In this document: positions 25,163-33,636 of the stretch, one piece after another | Position numbering within the stretch: the stretch's first letter is position 1 | How the letters are laid out: each line of letters opens with the position of its first letter | Assembly (NCBI GenBank): GCA_039197915.1 | Contig: JBCCTV010000001.1 | Coordinates: forward strand, 5,140-69,139 | Reading direction: 5' to 3' | From: Pseudomonadota bacterium | GTDB lineage: Bacteria > Pseudomonadota > Alphaproteobacteria > Caulobacterales > Parvularculaceae | Length of the DNA stretch: 64,000 nt | Notes under the pieces: model-generated | What the model was told of the DNA's origin: nothing | The model's input: only the letters and a program-made list of their open reading frames with translations | Databases searched by the model: none | Translations under genes and position numbers: made by a program

Positions 25163-26497
25163 CTATTCGCGAAGCGCTTTCGCCTGCACTTCTCGAATGG
25201 GTTTTAACAGATAGGCAAGAATAGTTTGTTTTCCGGTAATAATATCTACTTCGGCGACCATTCCCGGTAATACCGGCTTGTCGTCCCCAAGGGAGGCGCT
25301 TTCGGCCTCAATCCTTACCCGGAAGTAAAGACGGCCGTCCTCGTCCTTCAGGGCGTCTGGCGATACCTCAACGATCTTGCCCGCAAGGCCGCCATGGGTA
25401 GCGTAATCATAGGCTGAGACTTTGACGACGGCGGGTAGGCCCGGCCAGACATTCGCGCGATCACGGGGCGAGAGTTTCGCCTCCACTTCAATCGATGCGT
25501 TGTCCGGAACAATCTCAGCGATATTTTCGCCGGGCCGCACAACCCCGTTTATATTGTTAACGAAGAGTTTATTGATGACGCCGCTCGTCGGCGCCAACAC
25601 ATCAAAACGGGTGTTGCGGTCGCGCAGCGCTTCGATCGTTTCCTCGAGTTTTGAGATTTCGAACGCCACCTCTGTGAGCTCGCGCTCAGCGTCGGCGACA
25701 AACGCAAGCTCCGCCTCGCGACGACGGCCCTTCACTTCCTCCAGCGCCGCTTCGACTTGCGGAATTTGGAACTCCAAATCCGAAATCTGGGTCAGCACCT
25801 GCTGGAAACGGGTTTCATTTTCTAAAAGCTCGTTGCGCGATACAGCGCCCTCCTTGCTCAGCTTGCGCAAACTGCCGAGCCGTTCGGACATCAACGCCCG
25901 TTCCCGCTTTTTATTCTCAAGGCGCGATTTCCGTTCTGAGAGTTCAAAGTCTTTTTGGTTCACCTGGTCATCGACGATGCTTAACGCTTCGGTAAGTTCC
26001 GCCCGTCGACGTTCAAAAAAACGGGTCTGCTGCATCACTTCCGCCGGGAAACGCTGGGCGAGGGCGCCATCAAATTCCACAGTTTCAAGGCCATTCGCTT
26101 CTGCAAAAAGCCGACTGCGTTTGAGTTTTGCAGTGTTTAAATCGAGCGCTGCGGCTGCGAGCTCGGCTTGGGCGAAACTGTTTTCAATCCGTAAAAGGAC
26201 ATCCCCCTTCGCAACCTGCTCGCCTTCAGAAATCAAAATCTGGGTGATAATCCCGCCTTCAAAGTGCTGGACAAAATTGTTTTTCTCTTGCGAAACGATC
26301 CTTCCTGTGCCCCGGGTTACACGGTCTAGCTCCGCCGTCGCCGCCCAAATGAGCGCAACGCTCAGCGCACCGATGACAATTTGCAGAAAGCGCCGGCTCG
26401 CCCGCGCGATGATCACGTCAGAAGAGTCGCCTAGGAAATCCTCTTCTGCGGAAGGATCGTCGGTGGAATGCGTGTCGGAGGAGTGATCGTCAGACAT
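25163..26497 (-). CDS. HlyD-family type I secretion periplasmic adaptor (membrane fusion protein)
   Basis: The ORF extends to 26551, but ATG at 26497 (MSDDHSSD...) is the likelier start. It has one N-terminal TM helix (FLQIVIGALSVALIWAATA). This is followed by a lipoyl-like segment (KGDVLLRIENSFAQAELAAA), a long coiled coil and a C-terminal beta-barrel segment (VKVSAYDYATHGGLAGKIVEVSPD). Confidence 0.9.
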   Translation of the reverse strand: MSDDHSSDTHSTDDPSAEEDFLGDSSDVIIARASRRFLQIVIGALSVALIWAATAELDRVTRGTGRIVSQEKNNFVQHFEGGIITQILISEGEQVAKGDVLLRIENSFAQAELAAAALDLNTAKLKRSRLFAEANGLETVEFDGALAQRFPAEVMQQTRFFERRRAELTEALSIVDDQVNQKDFELSERKSRLENKKRERALMSERLGSLRKLSKEGAVSRNELLENETRFQQVLTQISDLEFQIPQVEAALEEVKGRRREAELAFVADAERELTEVAFEISKLEETIEALRDRNTRFDVLAPTSGVINKLFVNNINGVVRPGENIAEIVPDNASIEVEAKLSPRDRANVWPGLPAVVKVSAYDYATHGGLAGKIVEVSPDALKDEDGRLYFRVRIEAESASLGDDKPVLPGMVAEVDIITGKQTILAYLLKPIREVQAKALRE

Positions 26498-26796
26498 AAA
26501 AAACCCGCGGCGTTTGCCAATCAGCACGCATAGAAAAACGCCATTAACCAATCCTTACTCACTCGCTCCTTAAAGATCGGTGCAACGACCAATTCTTTTG
26601 AGTTCGGCACGCCGTGCGCAAGCCTTATGGGATTGCGTCAAACTTTAGGGAAACGCTCCGCGATAGGCGCGCATATTGGTTTTGGATCGGGTCTTGTTGT
26701 GCAACGGGCATTGACGACAGTGAAAGAAAATATCGGCGCTCGGTTGCAGCGCGCAAAGAGGCCGACGCAGACCGCAGGGGCGGGTCCTGAGACGGG

Positions 26797-26832
26797 GACC
26801 GTTTCAGGGCCTGGGACTGTTTCAGGGCCTGG
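26797..26832. repeat. Tandem direct repeat, 18 bp x 2 (gacYgtttcagggcctgg)
   Basis: Read directly: gaccgtttcagggcctgg / gactgtttcagggcctgg. Located in the divergent hlyD / ABC intergenic region. Confidence 0.9.
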
Positions 26833-26871
26833 GGCTGGGAGAGGATCCGGGACGAGATCTGGGCCACCGCC

Positions 26872-26919
26872 CTCAAATGGGCCCTCAGATGGGCCCTCAG
26901 ACGGGCGCTCAGACGGGCG
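26872..26919. repeat. Tandem direct repeat, 12 bp x 4 (ctcaRaYgggcS)
   Basis: Read directly: ctcaaatgggcc ctcagatgggcc ctcagacgggcg ctcagacgggcg. It ends 40 nt upstream of the preferred ABC start at 26960. Confidence 0.9.
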
Positions 26920-26959
26920 CTCTGCAACGCGTCAAAACGGATTTCCGTTGCCAGCGGCC

Positions 26960-29053
26960 ATGAATAAACTCGCCCAGGCGCAAGGCTTTGGGGCAGATAC
27001 GGACGATGACGCCCTGACGCAAGAATATGGCGAAAAGCCTCGGCGTGCGTCCCTACAAATCCTGGGCGAGCGCCTCGGCTTTAAGCTCGCCGTGCGCAAA
27101 ACGCCTGTCGCCTCCCTTACCCCAGAAGACGCGCCGTGCATCGTTGTTCTGCGGTCTGGACTGGGGGTCGTTGTTAAGTCCTTCGACCAAAAGGGGTGCC
27201 GGATCGAAACGCCGGACGGTGAAACGACGGCGGACCTCGCCGACCTCGCCGCCCAATCGGCCGGCATCGTCTTAGGGCTGCCGTTACGGGACGCGGACGC
27301 CAAGCGGCTCACAGAAATCGGCGCAAAGCCACAAAAAGACGACGACGCTGACACGAACCGCGATCCGATGGCGTGGCTTGCCCAGCTCGTATGGCGGCGT
27401 CACAAACCGCAATTTGCGCAACTTTTCGCCGCCGCTCTCATCAGTAACTTGTTCCTGGTAACACTGCCGCTTTTCATCATGTCGGTTTATGACCGGGTCA
27501 TTCCGCATGCCGCCTTTGCTAGCCTGATAACGCTGACAATTGGCGTATTGATTGTCTTTGCCGCTGATCTCGGCTTGCGCTGGGCGCGTTTGAAGTTTGC
27601 AGACGCGATTGGCCTGCGTGTCCTCCAGGGCGTGCAATCGACGATTTACCGGCGCGTCTTATTTGTGAAACTTGCAAACCGGCCGAAATCCGCCGCGGCG
27701 ATATCGAACCTACAGCGGGATCTGGAAAACGCATGCCTCATGTTGCCTGAGTTTATGGTGGGGTGCGTAACGGACACGGCCTTCGCCTTACTAATCATTA
27801 TGCTGATAGCATCGATTTCTGGCCCCGTCGCTTTAGTCACGCTTCTCGGCGCCGCGGTGGTCGCGGGTGTGGTTTTCTATGGCGCGACGAAAGCACAAAA
27901 ACCAATCCGGGAAACGACGCAATTGCGCGGCCTTGGCGCCGGGCAAATCGCAGAAACGATAGACGCCTTAAGCGCGGTTAAAGCAAGCGGCGCCGAACAT
28001 GCGCTGTTGCGCAAATATGAGCGCGCAAACACGCTCACCGCCGTAAAAGGCCACGATGCGCGCCACCTGACGCGATTTTCATCGCAAGCGGCTGGCGTCA
28101 TCGTTCAAGCGACGATTGTCGCATCGATCGCCTGGGGTGTTGTGCGCATCGATGCAGGCGCAATGTCAATCGGGGCTTTGGCGGCGACGACCTTGCTTGT
28201 CGGCCGGGCCGTCACGCCCATTGGTCAGCTAACAGATCAATTCTGCCGGCTGCGTTCGGCGCGCGACGCCCTCTCGGAAGCATTTAAACTTGTAAATACC
28301 CCAGAAGAAGAGGGCGGCGAAGCCGACGGCGGATCAGAGCGGCCCGTGCACGGCGCATTTTCCCTCACGAAAGCAAGTTACCGCCATGAGGGAGCGGAAA
28401 TCGATGCGCTTTCAGAAATTTCTATACAAATTAAACCGGGAGAAAAAATCGGTCTGATCGGCCGAAATGGCGGCGGCAAGACCACGCTCTTGCATCTCTT
28501 ATCGCGCCTCTATGAGCCGACAAGCGGCGCCATGACGATTGAAGGCGTCGATGCGCGGCAGTTCTCCCCCCAACGCTTGCGGCGGGACATCTCATTCATG
28601 CCCCAGGAAACCGTTCTCTTTAACGACACATTGCTGGCGAATATTTGCCTAGGGATGGAAAAGGTAGGCGCGAAAGCCTTTGAGCGCGCAGTCTCGCTTT
28701 CGGGCGTCGACCAGTTCGCAGCTTTGAACCCAAAAGGCTACAGCATGATCGTCGGGCCCCGGGGTGAATTCCTGTCGGCGGGTGAGCGCCAGGCGGTTGG
28801 TCTTGCGCGCGCTTTGTTGCGGAATACGCCGGTTCTTCTCCTCGATGAGCCGACGTCCCTTATGGACCAAACCGCGGAAGCGCGCGTTGTCGCCGCTTTT
28901 GCTGACGCCATGAAAGAGACGACGCTGATCCTATCCACCCACCGCTTGCGGCTTCTCGCGCTGACGACACGCGTCATCGTACTCGACCGTGGCCGGATTA
29001 TCGCCGATGGACCCCGCGATGAGATTTTGAAGTCCATGGGTGCGGCCGCCTAA
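26960..29053 (+). CDS. Type I secretion ABC exporter (permease/ATPase fusion, HlyB/LapB size class with an N-terminal appendix)
   Basis: The ORF is open from ATG 26627 (808 aa). The first 111 residues are Gly/Ser/Pro low complexity encoded by the tandem repeats. ATG 26960 (MNKLAQAQGF..) gives 697 aa. It has a ~110-aa N-terminal domain and a six-helix TMD. NBD motifs are Walker A GRNGGGKTT, signature LSAGERQ and Walker B VLLLDEPTS. Confidence 0.85.
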   Translation: MNKLAQAQGFGADTDDDALTQEYGEKPRRASLQILGERLGFKLAVRKTPVASLTPEDAPCIVVLRSGLGVVVKSFDQKGCRIETPDGETTADLADLAAQSAGIVLGLPLRDADAKRLTEIGAKPQKDDDADTNRDPMAWLAQLVWRRHKPQFAQLFAAALISNLFLVTLPLFIMSVYDRVIPHAAFASLITLTIGVLIVFAADLGLRWARLKFADAIGLRVLQGVQSTIYRRVLFVKLANRPKSAAAISNLQRDLENACLMLPEFMVGCVTDTAFALLIIMLIASISGPVALVTLLGAAVVAGVVFYGATKAQKPIRETTQLRGLGAGQIAETIDALSAVKASGAEHALLRKYERANTLTAVKGHDARHLTRFSSQAAGVIVQATIVASIAWGVVRIDAGAMSIGALAATTLLVGRAVTPIGQLTDQFCRLRSARDALSEAFKLVNTPEEEGGEADGGSERPVHGAFSLTKASYRHEGAEIDALSEISIQIKPGEKIGLIGRNGGGKTTLLHLLSRLYEPTSGAMTIEGVDARQFSPQRLRRDISFMPQETVLFNDTLLANICLGMEKVGAKAFERAVSLSGVDQFAALNPKGYSMIVGPRGEFLSAGERQAVGLARALLRNTPVLLLDEPTSLMDQTAEARVVAAFADAMKETTLILSTHRLRLLALTTRVIVLDRGRIIADGPRDEILKSMGAAA

Positions 29054-29280
29054 GCTCCCCGAAAAACCGACGACGCGCCCCAGGGCCCCTCAGCGCGGCA
29101 TGGGCCCTGGTCGTTCCGCCAAACCGCTCCGTAGCAAAAGCGCCCTTGTTTCCCAAAGGGTAATGGGCGCGAGAGAACGCCTTCCTTCCCCAAAGCAATG
29201 CCAAAACCACTGGCGAAAGCGCTACTGGCGCTTTGTCTTATCCGATCCGCTTCCCAATAGCGGTCCTCGAATAGGCGGCG

Positions 29281-29356
29281 CCCGTTGGCGGTCAAGAAAA
29301 CGCGAGTAAACCAAAGACAAGTACCCAGTTCAGAACGTAGCGACGTTGCTCTAGCG
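29281..29356 (+). repeat. Intergenic repeat family, copy C (partial and more diverged)
   Basis: cccgttggcggtcaagaaaacgcgagtaaaccaaaga...tcagaacgtagcgacgttgctctagcg aligns by eye with copy A (45147-45255), ccggttgggggccaagaaaacgcgaaaaaacaaaaa...tcagattggggcgaagttgctctag. Confidence 0.55.
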
Positions 29357-29496
29357 CAGCGGGCGTTCTAATAGGTCGGCCGCGCGTCTCGACGTTTTTG
29401 TTTGGCGCGACTGCGACAGCCTTCCCTGCGCCAATATGCTGACATTGTGGTCGCCTGGCGCGCGAGGGTCGCGCCAATGGAAAAGGATGCACGGCA

Positions 29497-30930
29497 ATGA
29501 CTCTCGAAACTGGGACACTGGAAACGGAGACGCTCGAAACGGACTATCTGATTATTGGCGCTGGCGCCGCGGGGCTCGCCTTTGCCGATGAAATGCTAAA
29601 CCATTCGGACGCCCACATGACTTTGGTCGACAAGCGCCACGCACCGGGCGGCCATTGGAACGACGCCTATCCTTTTGTCACGCTGCACCAGCCGTCGGCT
29701 TTTTACGGGGTTAACTCGAAGGAGTTAAGCGACGGCCGGATCGACGACCGCGGCGTCAACGCTGGGTACATGTCGCTCGCATCCGGCGCTCAGGTTACCG
29801 ACTATTTTCATTCAATCCTGCGCGATCGCCTATTGCCGTCCGGACGCGTCTCGTTTCTGCCGATGACACAAGCAAGCGAAGACGGCTCATTGAAATCAAT
29901 GCTCTCTGGCGAACCTCAGAAAATTCATGTGCGGCGGAAAATTGTCAACGCTGGCTATCAAACAAACAGTGTGCCTCGCACCCATGAACGGAAATTCAAG
30001 GTAGCGCCTAGCGTCCGGTGCGAACCGCCGAACGACCTGCCGCGCCTCGCCCCTGACCACGACCGCTACGTTGTCTTAGGCGCTGGTAAAACCGCAATCG
30101 ATTCGCTCGTCTGGATGCTGACGAACGGGGTTTCACTGGACGCGATCACCTGGGTGATGCCGCGCGACCCTTGGCTTTGGAATCGGGCGACAACCCAGCC
30201 GACGCTGTCGCATTTTGAGGCGACGTTCGGTGGACTGGCGGCCGAACAAGAAGCCCTCGCGGCCGCAACGGACGCCGCCGATTTTGCTCACCGTATGGAG
30301 CAATCCGGCCGTTGGCTGCGTATTGACCCCAGCGTTGAGCCGCAATTTTTCCACGCCGCGACCGTCAGTGAGCGTGAGGTATCTGAGTTGCGCAAGATCA
30401 GCGACATCATCCGTATGGGGCGCGTACAAGAAATCACTGAAGCCGAGATCGTTCTAGACGGGGGTCGGCGCCCTACCCCCGAAGGCGCGCTTGTGATTGA
30501 CTGCACTGCGCAGGCTATCGCGAAAACGCCCCTCAAAACAGTCTTTGATGGAAACACCATCACTGTTCAAATGATCCGCTTTCCGCAGATCACATTTAGT
30601 GCAGCGTTGATTGCCTTCATGGAAGCGACCATCTATGACGACGCTGAGAAAAACAAAATGGCGGCGCCGATCCCCCTGCCAGACAGTATCGAGGACTATT
30701 TCTCAACCCTCCTGCCTGACTATATGAACCGATACGCCTGCGGACAGAATACGGAAATTCGCCGGTGGATCGCCGCCTCACGGCTTGATGGATTTATTAA
30801 AGTCGCCAAATCAGCCCCTGAAGACGACGCCGAAAAACAGGCGTGCTTGAAGCGCCTGCGGGACGCGACCATGCCGGCGGCGGCAGGGCTTCAGCGGCTG
30901 GTTGCCCAAAGCTCGACGGATGGGGCCTAG
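29497..30930 (+). CDS. FAD/NAD(P)-binding oxidoreductase (flavin monooxygenase-like)
   Basis: 477 aa. N-terminal dinucleotide-binding motif DYLIIGAGAAGLAFADEM. A second GxGxxA-like motif, VVLGAGKTAIDSLVWM, is consistent with a two-dinucleotide-binding-domain flavoprotein. The N-terminus carries a TLET-type mini-repeat. Confidence 0.6.
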   Translation: MTLETGTLETETLETDYLIIGAGAAGLAFADEMLNHSDAHMTLVDKRHAPGGHWNDAYPFVTLHQPSAFYGVNSKELSDGRIDDRGVNAGYMSLASGAQVTDYFHSILRDRLLPSGRVSFLPMTQASEDGSLKSMLSGEPQKIHVRRKIVNAGYQTNSVPRTHERKFKVAPSVRCEPPNDLPRLAPDHDRYVVLGAGKTAIDSLVWMLTNGVSLDAITWVMPRDPWLWNRATTQPTLSHFEATFGGLAAEQEALAAATDAADFAHRMEQSGRWLRIDPSVEPQFFHAATVSEREVSELRKISDIIRMGRVQEITEAEIVLDGGRRPTPEGALVIDCTAQAIAKTPLKTVFDGNTITVQMIRFPQITFSAALIAFMEATIYDDAEKNKMAAPIPLPDSIEDYFSTLLPDYMNRYACGQNTEIRRWIAASRLDGFIKVAKSAPEDDAEKQACLKRLRDATMPAAAGLQRLVAQSSTDGA

Positions 30931-30972
30931 CGCTGAAAGCTTCAGCTCTTACACCGCAATACCGCGCAAGGT

Positions 30973-31920
30973 TTAGGGCGCCGCCGACGCTACGTTGTTT
31001 GCGTTCGGACGATCGAGATGGTGGTCGTCCGCGCCGTCAAAATCAGCTGCCGCGTCAAACACAACCTTTAGCAACGGGTTGGGAAAACGGCGCCGTGTTG
31101 TCACCGCATAGAAATGCTCGGCGACGCTCGGCAACGTCGTCACTTCATCGAGCGCACCGCTTTCTAATTCGTCGATAACAACAATGGGCGGCACCACGGC
31201 GAGGCCGGCGCCGTCCCGGGCAAGCACCCGCAGGAGCGCCATGTCGTCAACCTCAGCGACGATCTTCGGCCGCACACCGAGTTTTTCACACAGGGCGTCA
31301 AACCCAACCCGCATGGCGTTATCAACCGACGGCGTAATCACAACGTGCTTTGAGATCGTTTCCGCCAGGTTTTTCCCTGGCTTCAGCCGCCGGGGGCAGC
31401 CGACGAGGCTCACCCGTTGCTCGGCGAGCTTGTGGACAATCCAGTCCTCATCGGCGGTGCGCACGGGCGCCTGGTTAGTCAGCACCACATCAAGATTGTG
31501 GGCGTTCAGGTCTTCAATCAGCGTGCGCAAGCCCGCCGTGCGGATCGTGACCCCGGCGGTGTCGTCTGTCATTAAGGGTTTTAAAAACTGGGCCTGGAAG
31601 TTGCGCGACAGGGTCGAGAGGGCGCCGACCCGCAAGACCCGCAACGTCCCGTCCGATTGCTCATTTAGGGTGCTGACCAATTCGTCACCGGTGGAAAAAA
31701 TCGCGTCCGCATGGTCGAGCGCGATCTTGCCGGCCTCCGTCAGAACCAGTTGCTTGCCTTTGCGGTCAAACAGAGCGTGACCTAGGCGGTCTTCTAACTT
31801 CTTGATTTGGAGCGATAAAGCAGACTGGGAAACGTTTAGCTGGTCGGCCGTGCGGGTCAGATTGCCGTTATGAGCGACGGCCCAAAAGTAGCGCAGGTGA
31901 TTGTAGTTCAGGATCGCCAT
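30973..31920 (-). CDS. LysR-family transcriptional regulator, NhaR-like
   Basis: The ORF is open from GTG 31929. ATG 31920 gives MAILNYNHLRYFWAVAHNGNLTRTADQLNVSQSALSLQIKKLEDRLG. The NYNHL-YFW N-terminus and HTH resemble NhaR-type LTTRs. Divergent from dabB. Confidence 0.8.
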   Translation of the reverse strand: MAILNYNHLRYFWAVAHNGNLTRTADQLNVSQSALSLQIKKLEDRLGHALFDRKGKQLVLTEAGKIALDHADAIFSTGDELVSTLNEQSDGTLRVLRVGALSTLSRNFQAQFLKPLMTDDTAGVTIRTAGLRTLIEDLNAHNLDVVLTNQAPVRTADEDWIVHKLAEQRVSLVGCPRRLKPGKNLAETISKHVVITPSVDNAMRVGFDALCEKLGVRPKIVAEVDDMALLRVLARDGAGLAVVPPIVVIDELESGALDEVTTLPSVAEHFYAVTTRRRFPNPLLKVVFDAAADFDGADDHHLDRPNANNVASAAP

Positions 31921-31923
31921 TTT

Positions 31924-31944
31924 GTTCACTTATTTAGAATGAAC
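31924..31944. promoter_or_regulatory. Perfect inverted repeat GTTCA-N11-TGAAC, a candidate LTTR operator in the lysR/dabB divergent spacer
   Basis: Read directly: gttca cttatttagaa tgaac, 4 nt upstream of the regulator ATG. The spacer (31921-32022) is AT-rich. Dyad symmetry around T-N11-A is the classic LTTR box layout. Confidence 0.4.
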
Positions 31945-32022
31945 TTATCTCATCTTTGAATTATATAAATTTTACGGTCTTCGATAGATGCTCCTGAGCC
32001 AAAACGTCACGGAGAAGACCCG

Positions 32023-33606
32023 ATGTCCCCATTTGCGTCTCAACTTGCCCCAGCGGCCTACCTGCCATTCGTCGCTGCGCTCGCCTATGCGTCCGTGGCG
32101 ATCTTCGGCCTAACGCGGAACCCGTCTGCGACGCTGACCGTCAACGCAGCCCGGTTAGCTGGCATCATTGGCTTCGTGGCGGCGATCGCCAGTCTCGCTG
32201 CAGCGCTCATGACGCTTGGCACAGGCGGGGTGACAGCGTCCGCCCTTGGATACGCGTTCCGGCTCGACGCCTTAAGCGGGATGATGCTGGGCGTTGTCTC
32301 TTTTGTCGGTATGGTCGTGATCGCCTTTAGCCGTAATTATCTCGACGGGGACCCACGGCACGCGCACTTCATGGCGCGCCTTTGCCTGACGCTTTGCGCC
32401 GTAACGCTCCTTGTGTCCGCAAGCAATCTCTACCAACTCGTGGGCGCATGGATCGGTATGAGCCTCGCCCTGCATGAGCTTTTGGTGTTCCGCAAAGAAC
32501 GCCGCGGCGCGGTCATCGCGGCGCGAAAAAAATTCGTCCTGGCACGGATTGGCGATACCTGCCTCCTCGTTGCAGCGATCCTACTTGCGCGCGCCTTCGG
32601 GTCGACCGAACTCGCCACAATATTCGAGGCGGCGAAAGCGGCATCCGCGGCGGGCGCCGTTCCAGCGGAAGCGATGGTCGCGAGCGCTTTAATCGGGGCG
32701 ACGGCGCTTTTGAAGTCAGCGCAATTCCCGGCCCATGGTTGGATTACGGAGGTTATGGAAACGCCGACGCCGGTGTCCGCACTCCTGCACGCCGGTGTCG
32801 TTAACGCAGGCGGCTTCCTGCTTATTCGGTTTGCTGACGTTTTCATGCTCAATGCCGGCGCAATGCACATAGTCGCGTTTGTCGGCGCCGCCACCGCGAT
32901 CTTCGGCGCCGCTGTCATGCTGACGCAATCGAGCATCAAGGTGCAGCTTGCCTATTCGACCGTGGCGCAAATGGGCTTCATGATCATGCAATGCGGCTTC
33001 GGCGCGTTCTCTGCGGCCGCACTCCATATTGCCGCCCATAGTTTTTACAAAGCCTACGCCTTCCTCTCCTCCGGGGACGCCGTGCGCAATGTTGAAGCGC
33101 TGAAAAAAGCGCCGAAGGCGGAAGCAAAACCCGCCTATGTCGCGCTTGCGGCGGCCATGGCGGTCACGGCCTACGCTGTCGGGTCGACGCTATTCGCGGG
33201 CCTTTTAGGCCATAACGCGGCAACGCTGACCCTCGGCGCGATCTTCGTGATGGGCGTCTTTGTTTTCCTCAAAGAAGGGGCTAGCAACATTTCGCTGATT
33301 GCGCGGATCGCACCGGCCGCCCTTGCAGCGACTGCAATTTACTTTGGGCTGCAGTTCGCGTTCGCCGTCGCCTTCGCGGGCGTCGCCCCAGCGCCCGCAG
33401 AGCCGGGGGCCGTTGGCGCGGCGTTGATGGCGACCACCATCCTCGCGTTTTTGGGCCTGACGTGGCTTCAAACGGCGCCTGAAAATCTGCGCCTAAAAGT
33501 TCTGCGGGCAGTCTATACGCCGCTTAAAAATGGTCTCTACACAAACCTCTACTTCGATCGCCTCGTGGGGGCGCGCAAGCGCGTTCCCGGAGCCCAAAAC
33601 GTTTAA
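32023..33606 (+). CDS. dabB: DabB: NdhF/NuoL/MnhA-like proton-pumping membrane subunit of a DAB inorganic-carbon transporter
   Basis: 527 aa and highly hydrophobic with many TM helices. Carries the motif WITEVMETPTPVSALLHAGVVNAGGFLL, typical of complex I antiporter-like subunits. GGAGA RBS present. A DUF2309-type gene follows 30 nt downstream. Confidence 0.8.
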   Translation: MSPFASQLAPAAYLPFVAALAYASVAIFGLTRNPSATLTVNAARLAGIIGFVAAIASLAAALMTLGTGGVTASALGYAFRLDALSGMMLGVVSFVGMVVIAFSRNYLDGDPRHAHFMARLCLTLCAVTLLVSASNLYQLVGAWIGMSLALHELLVFRKERRGAVIAARKKFVLARIGDTCLLVAAILLARAFGSTELATIFEAAKAASAAGAVPAEAMVASALIGATALLKSAQFPAHGWITEVMETPTPVSALLHAGVVNAGGFLLIRFADVFMLNAGAMHIVAFVGAATAIFGAAVMLTQSSIKVQLAYSTVAQMGFMIMQCGFGAFSAAALHIAAHSFYKAYAFLSSGDAVRNVEALKKAPKAEAKPAYVALAAAMAVTAYAVGSTLFAGLLGHNAATLTLGAIFVMGVFVFLKEGASNISLIARIAPAALAATAIYFGLQFAFAVAFAGVAPAPAEPGAVGAALMATTILAFLGLTWLQTAPENLRLKVLRAVYTPLKNGLYTNLYFDRLVGARKRVPGAQNV

Positions 33607-33636
33607 CGCCCGCTCGAGCCTTAAGAGGACAAGCAG

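Noticed and set aside
25422-26486. 354-aa plus-strand ORF
   Set aside because: It lies entirely antisense to the HlyD-family gene, which has clear family features. The product is Ser/Arg-rich with no motifs.
26627-26959. 111-codon N-terminal extension of the ABC exporter ORF, and the antisense 100-aa ORF 26625-26927
   Set aside because: Both are Gly/Ser/Pro/Arg low-complexity products of tandem DNA repeats in GC-rich DNA. The exporter has a size-typical start at 26960. Kept only as an alternative in a finding.
29081-29109. Hairpin cagggccc-N13-gggccctg 28 nt after the ABC exporter stop, as a possible intrinsic terminator
   Set aside because: The stem is real, but it has a 13-nt loop and no downstream U-tract. 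This is not enough to call a terminator.
31184-31780. 198-aa plus-strand ORF
   Set aside because: It is antisense to the LysR-family regulator gene.
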